Origin: Lingula anatina
Taxonomy: Eukaryota > Animalia > Brachiopoda
Direction: 5' to 3'
Assembly (NCBI GenBank): GCA_051362555.1
Contig: CM120642.1
Coordinates: 27,280,001 to 27,344,000 of the forward strand
DNA length: 64,000 nucleotides
Shown: positions 54,241 to 64,000 of the stretch, in pieces
How the letters are laid out: each line of letters begins with the position of its first letter
How positions within the stretch are numbered: position 1 is the first letter of the stretch
Notes under the pieces: generated by a model
The model's database searches: none
What the model saw: the letters and a program-made list of their open reading frames with translations, nothing else
What the model was told of the DNA's origin: nothing
Translations under genes and position numbers: made by a program

Positions 54241-57200
54241 ATGAGCAGGAGGGCACAGTCAACGGGGAGCATTGAGAGTAAACGTCGGCTTCACAGGCAG
54301 CATTCTGTGCTTGATCCAGTAAGTATGCAAGCGGGTCAGGCCTTTTCTCTGTGCTAAACTTGATACTCACAAACCTGACCTACTAAGGCACTCACAGCTG
54401 GGTTGTAAATACTAAATGTTGCTAGAGCTTGATCCAGGGATAGTATTGATTAGTGGGAACTAGCTGAAAGTTGTGCATGAAAGTGTGGTCTTAGTATCAA
54501 ATCCCGTATGCTGTTCTGCCCAGCATTAAGGTCAAGGCATGTGTGTGTGTTTACTGTGTAGAACGCATAGGTGCAGCATCTGGGACTTGGGTCAAATCTG
54601 TTTACAGTCCTTTTTCTTTCTTTTTTTTCTGAATCTCTTTGTGAACTCTCTGCTGGATTGTGCTACTAAATAATTAACAAAGGATCCAGCTAAGTGAGTC
54701 ACTACTGCCCAGTGCTTAGACTTGGACAGGTCAAAGATTTGTGCAATATGGGAAATAGTGGTCAAATGATGCCAAACTGTAACTCAGTACAAGAAGTTAT
54801 AAGAAATTATAACTTCTTGCTCAGTAAGATCTCTATTGCATAATAACTCCAGTTAATGGACACATAGTGCCATACAAGAATGCCCACAAAAAAGTTTTGC
54901 AAAAAAGTTATGTGAGAGCCAAAGTAACCTAGTTTATTTCATGAAATATAAACCCCCACTGTTGGCTTTAGTTGCAGTGACTGGAGCATAAAGTGGGTAT
55001 ATTATTTGTCCAGGCTATTTTTGGTCGAACAATGGTCAGAGTCATGCATAACGTATTACATGGTTGAACACACCGCCCAGATAGGTCATGGGTTGAACAG
55101 AAGTCACAATGAAAAATTATCCCCTTGTAAGCGCAACAGAAAAGTGGTTTCAAATTCAGGTATATAGGGATTTGTAGTATAATGTCTGAAGCTCACTGTG
55201 AAATTTATAAATGTATTTGAGGGGAGTGGAGGTGATGTACAACTCTTCTGCATTCTGTAGACTGACAGACCTTTTTAAAAGTAGTGTAACAGATTGAGAT
55301 GCACAGGATAAAAGACATTGAAAAAACATTGTATTTTATTGTACTTACTCAGCAACGTACACTACTGAAAAAACATTGTATTTTATTGTACTTACTCAGC
55401 AACACTACTCCTTTCATAGAAAGTGATTGTTATATGTCTAAAAACTTGTAATTGTTTGAGGGAGAGAGAAAAACTATGAAACAATAGCCAAGTTTTTAAA
55501 ATGTTTTAAAAGACATTATAAAATGGTGATTTAAAAGTTCTGGATTTATTCATTTTAAACAAAATTAAACTTTAAGTTTTCCTTTTTTTAATTTGCTTGA
55601 AAATTGATAGTCAGATTGGAAAAGTACTGTGGTAGTCTGCTCTCCAGTGAGAGTCAAATAATATTATCTGCAATATTTACCTTACAGGTTAGGCTAGTTT
55701 TGATAAAAGAGGTTATGTACACAACTTGTTTATGAGCTCTAAAATTTTTTTTTAGAGTTGAACATCCAGTTATTTAACAAACTGATTGAAAAGAAGGTGT
55801 GAAACAATGTATTAGGTCCCTTGACACAATTTTTAATTTTTTCTCCTTTTTTTTGCCTTTTAAGAAATTTCATGGAGAGAGTTGTTACAGTCTTTCCCCG
55901 ACTTATTTAACCGCTTTGACAATTTTGACCAGACCTATAAATTGTTGCTGAATTAAAGCTCAGGTGTGATGTCTTCACTCTTCAATTACTTCTGAATTAT
56001 TGCAGAACAATTAGGCAAGTAGGCAACTTGAAGCATTTAATCAGTAGGTTTATTTCTAAGTTCCGAGTTAGGAAAGATGATAGTTTTCTTTGAAAAAAAA
56101 AAAAAATGATACTGTATCATTGCAAATTTAGTGAAATGTTATGGTGGTTGAGGTTTTGCATTTATAGTTTTTTTCCTTTAAAAATTGCTGTGACTGTCAC
56201 TCCTAAGGTTTTTAAACTGGACCCTTGGTCAGGAAGCCATCATTTATAGGTCAAGTTTGTCACTTTGGTTTTACTTCGCTTAATTTGCCATGCATGTTGA
56301 AGGTGAAATAGCCGTTTAATATACACAATGTCCATTAACCAAAGTGCAATAGCTGGCTAAGGCTTTGTCAAACGTGCATGTTTTAAAAGCATCTGCTAGT
56401 CTTGGAGTATGGTAGATGGCTCCAGTTCTTATAAAATTCCTATTAAAATTTCTTTTCAATCATTGCATAATTTGAGTCTGAAAGTTTAGGAAAATTGATT
56501 ATAATGTCCATAATTATTTTGATCATGATTGTTTAAATGTTTACAAGCTCTATAAAAAGTCTACAGTTTGTCTGTCTTATTTTCTGATAATGTTTGATAT
56601 TTGAAGTCTCATGAAACAAGTCTAGTAAAGACACTGAAAACTACAAAACAAAGCAATGATTCCCTAGCTTTCAAATTTTTTCTGTTATACAGAAACAAAA
56701 TTTATTCTTCCAATGTATTATAGATAGCAGTGTCACATGTGAACTAAAACATGGTGGTCCACAAATCATTCCTGCTTAATTCCTGTTAATGAACTCTCTC
56801 CTGCACTTTGTTTATTTGTACCAAAATACCAGTTTCACCCAACAATATCTTTTTTTGATCTTACGAGTGAACTGATTCATAGATGCAAATATTGGTAATT
56901 TACATCTTGACAAATTGAGATATCCCATGCTAGTTGGTCATTTTCATCTTATTCTGTTAATACAAGAATTGCAGTAAATGTACCCTAAAGCTTGATGGGG
57001 TGTTTACAGGTTATTTTTTGAGCTGCAAGAAGGTGCCTTGATGTTAACCAAAGGAAATTTAATTCTTTGACCCACAGCTGGCACCAGTGAAATATAAAAT
57101 GTATTGATTAGGCCAGTTCTACAATAACTTTGTTGTATGCTTGTATTTAGAAAGGAAGGTCAGAAGGACGTGTCCTGCCATTATAATATTAGGTCAGCTG

Positions 57201-60200
57201 AGGTGAGATTTTGGGGTAGTGAGTAGATAATAGTACTACCGAAAAATAAAGAAATGAAATTATGATAATTAATAGTATTTTAGTGTTAGATGAGAAGTTG
57301 AAGTTAGCAAATATGCACATGGGAGCAAATGATGACCAGGGTTTGAATATTTATTAATTTTTTAATCATTTATTTGAATTGGTCTTCTTATGATGTTTCT
57401 TGATGTTTCCCAATAACAGGCAGAGCTACTGTACCTAATTGAACCACTGTGAAATAACACTCAGAATTTTTTTATTTTTCAATCAGTTGGCATGAATGAA
57501 AAGTTTTCAGAGACTTGGATAAATACTAGTAGCAAAGTGGTATGGATACAAAAACTATAGTGCGTATTGCATTAAGTAGTGTTTAAAGGATCTCTTTTAA
57601 AATGTTTATTAAAAATGTGATCTCAGAGGAAGCATTAGCTCTGAGTTACTAATAATGCATGGTAAAATAACAGTCAATACTAAAAAGGGATGTATGAGTG
57701 ATGTGCAAATGGATATCAAATTCATCGAGTCCTCTGTCAACAGGCTGGTTGATTGAATATAAGTAGGTGAATGCTAGTACCAGTAAGTAGTGTGGAAAAC
57801 ATCTGGTGATTTATCCATCAAAATTCAGAATAAAATTCTGAGAAGAAATTAGAAAAGAAACAGCAGAGATAGCGTGGAAAACCGTAGACAACAATTTGGA
57901 GTTTAAAACTGGAAAAGTACTGTATTTAATGAATGTGCTGCCTTTAAATGAAATTGGCTTCATTTGTTTAACTCCTTTGTTTCAAATACAATGTAAATTT
58001 GAAAAATAGCAGCTACTTTGGATAAGGGTGTTTCTTTGGTATAGATGGTAAAAAAGTCAGTTGTTTCAAGAGATCGAAAGGTCCAAACATCTCGCGCCAT
58101 AAGTGAAAAAAAAAAATACATTTAGTCTCTTGAGAAACAATAACCATTTGATTTTTTACCAACTTCAAGTAAACTTAGACATCAGTGAAACTGGCACCAC
58201 TCTTGCATTTTGAAATATTTGCTCTTGGAATAAACATATATATAAACATTTCCTGCTATTTGGACAATGTAAAAAGCTGTGGATCTAGGCAATATATAAG
58301 AAGCTACATGGAACTGGATAATAAATGAGATATGAGACCTCGCATGTATTCTTGGAATTGTGTTTTTGTTGTTTTTAGATTCTAGGAAAGAGTTAAATGG
58401 CAGAGGGAACTGAAATATATTAGGACGATTGGGCAGGTGTAAATACTCTAGATCTTGATCAAATGAAGTCATATTTCAGATACGTTCTTCAAAAAAGAAC
58501 CAGATTAGTACCAAAAATCATATGATAGAGCTTGTAAACTGAGCAGGGAAACATTATATTTCTGTAATGATTTTTTTAGTTAGTAGATATAAAACACTGA
58601 GAGTAATCATTTTTTAAACATGCTCATGCAGATCTTATCCTCAGTTACTGATACTAAGTTGAGTTCTTGAAGACATTAAACCCAATTTTTGACTGGCATT
58701 CTAACGTGTGAAACATTAAGAGTCATTATTTTTCAACTGAATGTGCCAGATGTTACGTAAATTCACATCATTTAGCATAACCTAGGACCCTCTCTGTGTG
58801 ACGTGCCTGGTTCAGGTTGAACATTCAAAAGAAGTACAACATTCAGTGGAATACATTAACCTAGATACAAACCACAGTTTACCTCATTTTACCCTTGAAA
58901 CATTTTATTATCCCTGGAAACAGATCTTGACTGGGAAAGATGAAGGTATGTTAAGTGAAGTGTAGCAATGTGATAAAGAATATCGAGAATCCTTTGCCAA
59001 GGTTATGGATTCTTGATGATGTTTATGTGGCAGGTTTACAAAGAGTCATCAAGGGCTATTATCATTTGGCACAAGTGTATGAAACTAAGAGGTGAAATGA
59101 ACAGTTAGTCTCAAGTGGCTGACGGGCATGAGGTAGACTTAGGCTATGTATTATTAAATGATAAAATGTGGAAGAGAGGTTGGGTCTTGCAGATGAACAG
59201 CCTTCATGTACATAGAGATTATAGGTGAAGAAAAGCTGGTATTTTTATTTTGTTTTATTTTTTGTTGGCTTAAAAAGTCTCTGCTGACTTGACATATGTA
59301 AGCAGCAAAGATGGAAATATGAAAATTAAAAAAAAAAAAGCCTTTCAGTTATCATTTTGTATAGCTTACTGTTAAATATGTGTCACATTGGTTATGGTGA
59401 CTCATATATAGGTGAATTGTACAGTATAGTTTGCAATATGCCCCAGTTCATGTTTACTTGAAATGCTTGCCTGAATGAGTGTATAAATAATCTATAATAT
59501 CAGTGGTTGATGATGGATATGTAATGGAATGATTTAATGTAGTTTACAGCATTATTTAGAATTTAAAATAACTTAGGTATTAAACTAGATGACTTGGAAT
59601 GTATATTAGCCTGAATTCAATACATTAGCAGACAAATGCAAATTTCTTTCTTCACAGAAATGTTTTCTTCATAGCTCTAATGCATTGCATTAAAATTTTT
59701 CTGCAATTTGTGAAAGATAATTACATATAACTATAAGAAACATGATATTTTGCCTTTGGTTTGGTTATCATACATCACTTTGAAAATTTTAAGTGTTTAT
59801 TAAAGAACATTTATTAATCAATGCATGAGCAAAATGTCGTATTCACGGTGAGTGTTCTTTTTCTTCTGAGAAGCTTCATGGTCCCATTGGGGATTTTAAA
59901 TCAATGTACTATTTAATTGAATTTTTTGCTCTCAGTGAACAAAACATAATTGATAATTTTAAGTAGCTAATGCACTGCTGGGCATACATGGTTGACCCCT
60001 TGTGCTCCTCTAGGTAAAAGAGCTCCTTACTTCATCAACACATGAATCATGGTAGTAAACACATTAATCATAATGTTACACACATAAAATGAGTGGCACA
60101 GTGCCTGCACAATCTGACAAAATAGAACATTGCCTGAGGATTAACATTAACGTTAGCACTGTGGTTGCCTCAGAAGATCCAACATAATTGAAGATAATTA

Positions 60201-62478
60201 TTACCTTAAAGGTGTTGTTGTTGCGGTCGCGAATGAATATTTTTATCCACACAACCAACCGTATGGCAATTATAGTAAAAAGTGTTATCTCAATTGCACA
60301 TCAAAGGAGGCAAAGCAGTTCAAAATTTTTTTTGCTTCAACACAAATAAATTTATAATTATGTTATGAACTGACTTTCCTCTCCTCTGTTGTTCTTCTCT
60401 ATAACCTATTTTTCTTTGATTCTTCTTTCCAAGCTTGTGTTGCCCTCTGTTATAATCCCCCCCCCCCCTTCTTTTGTCTTGTTTTTTGGAAATTTAATGT
60501 GAATGTTTTTGTCATTATGAAAATATTATAAAGATTTTTAGATTAAAAAAACATTTCAGTTTATTCCACACACACATCATGTTGTTCTTAGCATATAAAA
60601 TTAGAACATATGCTTGTCCTTGTGAAAGTTTTTTATACTGTAAAACAAATCAGATTATGTCACGCACGCTGTGGTGTCGTACACCTGCGCCAATTGACAT
60701 TGACTCTTCTTTGTTTCGTGGGGTTAAGGTCAAGAATCTGTTTACGATAAAAATTTTAGTCTTGAAGGATAATAAATACAACAGGTGTTCATCTCATATT
60801 TTGAATGTTTTACTTTGCAGACAATGATTACATTGTTGATTTTTTTCATATTTTTATTTAATAAACTATGAATACTCTAAGGCTAAAAAAAGTAAGATGA
60901 CTACATCTGTTTTAATACAGCAACCAGAAAATCACTTTGTGTTTTTTTTAAATTGCTATATGTTCCTTGCTTTATAGACAGAATGTGGCAACCTAATCTT
61001 TAAAAAAATGTGAGATGACCACAAAAATGTCCACTTTGTAAACAAAGTGATTTGGTGTGTGCTCTTGAAAAAACATGAGTATCATTATTACAATGTTATG
61101 ATAAAGCCGCACCTACAAATATGGTTTAATGTTTAGAGACAGTTTAAAGACTTGTGCTCTCTTCACGCTTTGCCAGGCACATAAACATGTCCATTTTCTT
61201 TCAAACTCGGTGAACCATATATTTAATGAGGTTGGAATTTTTAAAACGTGATTGAAGGGTTTTAAATGATTTTGAAACTGAAAGGTATTTGCTAGATTAA
61301 AAGAAGGTGCCTTTTATTTGGTGGAGGGGTGCAGTTTTGTGATTCCTGATACAAAAACATGAGGGATAGGTACTTGGTGTTTACTGCATGGTGTTTTCTA
61401 GGCTGTTGTATGGGAGTGACAGATTTTGCGTTAATATAAAGAGTGTGTACATGTGATTGAGAGCATGATTAAAGAAGGATAAAAACTTGACTCGTGGAAT
61501 ATTGCCTTCAGAATGTAAATTTCATTTACATAAGGTACAAATGTAACCCTGGTTTATAAATAAACCAGTTTCATGTTCAAATATGCTTTCAGAATAAACA
61601 TATATTGCTGAAAAAATCTTAAATATATTTCTTTCATTATTCAGGATGACATGATGGTGAATGTTAATGCAAACGTCGCCCGTTTTCGTCCCCGGAGAAC
61701 GGTGTCACTGTGTGAGGCAGCAGATGCAGGTGACTGCGAACGAGTAATGCAGTTGCTGGAAGATGGCATGGCCAATGTCAATGAATGTTTGGAATGGAGC
61801 GAGGAAGTGTGGGTAAGTGTGCTTTTTCCTGTGAGGCCTAGATTGCTTTATGTGACTATTTATTCTTGTGTTATTCCTCCTCTCCCTTCCCAATCCATCA
61901 AAAGTTAACGTAGTTCTGATTCCCCTTCCAATTTACTCCCCCCCCCCCCCCCATATCCCTATCCCTTGGGTAAGCCAAGTGAGTCTGAAATCACAGACTT
62001 ATCAAATCTGGTTGAAGCCACATAAGATACTCCCTTTCCCTAGAAAAAGCAAAATCACATTTTAATCAACTGTTGAGGGCAACTTCTTTTCAGGTTGCAG
62101 GCCAATAAAGCATTGCAGGTGTTAAAAATAGCTCAGGCAACAAGTAACCAGTTTTATGTGTATCTAAGATAATGCCAGGATAGATATAGAATGATTGAAC
62201 CTGCACTTTTTTCATCGGAGAGTGCCAGCTGTGAAGGATATATATGTAAAGATTTGCTGATAAGATTAATTTAGAGAACTATATGTCCCCAGCTGATCTG
62301 TGAACTAGCAATCTGAAAAAAGAATAGAGAAAAAAAAACTTCAGGTCAACTTCAAGTTATTATATGTATTATATTAAATATAGCATTAACAGGAGTAAAG
62401 GGATCAATTTGTTGCCTGATGAGTAAATGTCCAAGTTTTTCTTTTAGAAAAAGGTTGTACTCTATATTTTATTTATTA

Positions 62479-62515
<37 letters not shown>

Positions 62516-63898
62516 TATTCATTTGTTTGTATTTTAATTTCATTTATTTAATTTTCAATTTTTTTCAGTATCCAGAGTCAGCGCTGCATGCTGTTGCTAG
62601 AAAAGGCCATTTAACTGTAGCAGAATGTTTAATTGGGCAAGGAGGTGACGTCAATATACAGAATAAGGTAATTTCTGCATAGTTTTCATGCCAAACTTTT
62701 GTAATGTTGCTGTTACGGGAAGATTTGTCGATCCCCAGCACTACAGCCTTGCATAATGATTAAATTAAGTCTAATTAGATCAAAGTAAAAACATATATAT
62801 ATATCATAGAAAATGATCTTATATCTGGCTTGGCTGGTGATGATATCACTTTTCTGCAAAGCAACATATTGACCTAAGCCAAAGTCAATAACTATGGAAC
62901 AGTAGCCATTTTATGATAACATTGTTTTGCAGGCTGGATTCACACCTCTTCATTTCGCAGCAGCAGGAGGCGACGTGGCTATGGTGGAACTCCTTGTTAA
63001 TGCAGGTGCAGATTTAGGTGTAGAAAATAAGGTAAGGACAAAATGTGAAAAGGACGAAATGAAATCGTGTCATTTGGGTATGTTGATGATTTTACAGGGA
63101 AATTTGCTGATGCCTTTTTTTTTTCTTTTCTCATTTTTTAAGGCACAATTGCAAAAGTATTTGAGCTAAATGAAATCATGGAATCAAAAAAATTTAACCT
63201 GTATAATATGTTTTAATCAGCTGTCTTGATTTTCTTGCCTATACTCCTCACAAATTGATACTTGAAACTTGGACTGAATCATTTATTATTTACAATGCCA
63301 GCAATTAAGGGTTCTTTAGATGTATGCCATTATTTATTAGGTCATTGCCTTTAGATCCTATACAAATGGGTCAATTATGCAGGAAATGCCAGATACGATT
63401 AACCTAATTTTTTTCTGCTTTCAAGTATTTTTTGTATTGATCATGTGGTTATGTTAAAAATGCCTAAATGCACCTTGATGACTGCTAGTAACAGTTGCTG
63501 TCTTCAAATTTAGGATAAAGTGATTTTCCAAACCAGAGGTGGTGTATGAATAACGACTGGCTAAATGTTGTTTACGCCACTTGATCTCCTTGTTAAGTGT
63601 TTTATTAACCAAATCGGAAAATTGATAATCATGAAGTCAGTAAACAGCTGCATTGTAGTCCACTGATGACACTTCCCATTAGAATATAGCTAACACAATA
63701 AGTTGTGACTTCTCCAGAAAAACAATCTGTGACAGGCAAAAAGGGAAAGACTTATCTTTCTTTACTATGATGTTTGAATCTAAACCTTTTCTCTTGTAGG
63801 CAGGACAGACTCCATTAAGGCTAGCAGTCAAGGATGGCTGTGTGGAAGTCGTAGAAATTCTAGTCAGAGCAGGAGCTCAAGTTAATCACGAAGACAAT
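54241..63898 (+). CDS. Ankyrin-repeat protein (5' part; continues beyond window)
   Basis: First coding exon 54241-54318 (MSRRAQSTGSIESKRRLHRQHSVLDP|GTAAGT, phase 0). Exon 61645-61812 (SLCEAADAGDCERVMQLLEDG). Then three 99-nt phase-0 exons, each one ankyrin repeat: 62569-62667 (ESALHAVARKGH), 62933-63031 (GFTPLHFAAAGGD), 63800-63898 (GQTPLRLAVKDG). The orthologue is not identifiable from this part. Confidence 0.8.
55319..55409. repeat. ~47-bp tandem duplication (intronic)
   Basis: TGAAAAAACATTGTATTTTATTGTACTTACTCAGCAAC x2. Confidence 0.8.
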
Positions 63899-64000
63899 GT
63901 AAGCATTCAACATATGTAATTACACCACACATAGGTTTCTATGGCTGCTGATGATGTACATAAGTCAAAAACTTCTCTTCCCACACATTTTATATAGTCT

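Noticed and set aside
58050-58160. Weak inverted repeat (TTGTTTCAAGAGA / TCTCTTGAGAAACAA)
   Set aside because: It is short and imperfect, with no clear TSD or second copy in the window.

Overview
AT-rich, intron-dense animal genomic DNA. A lophotrochozoan, probably a mollusc, is inferred from protein and repeat style only. Four spliced protein-coding genes can be reconstructed by hand from GT-AG boundaries. (1) A Raw-like protein with two nucleoside 2-deoxyribosyltransferase-like (NDT) domains and EF-hand-like segments (+, ~2898-14260; 5' end unresolved). (2) A 34-coding-exon PRRC2/BAT2/Nocte orthologue (-, 36881-19581). (3) FOXRED1 (-, 49401 or 48387 to 40246). (4) The 5' part of an ankyrin-repeat gene (+) that appears to share a very compact bidirectional promoter with FOXRED1. 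PRRC2 introns host five box C/D snoRNA-like genes: two SNORD110-like 18S guides and three copies of an atypical family whose conserved element is antisense to a box C motif. Mobile DNA includes six palindromic PIF/Harbinger-type MITEs (one with termini swapped relative to its interior), a TTAA-flanked Kolobok-like element, a 3.3 kb TA-flanked composite non-autonomous element in a FOXRED1 intron, and a decayed mariner/maT-like transposase. Most short ORFs in the six-frame track are exon fragments or antisense shadows. All exon models are manual and unverified by transcripts.
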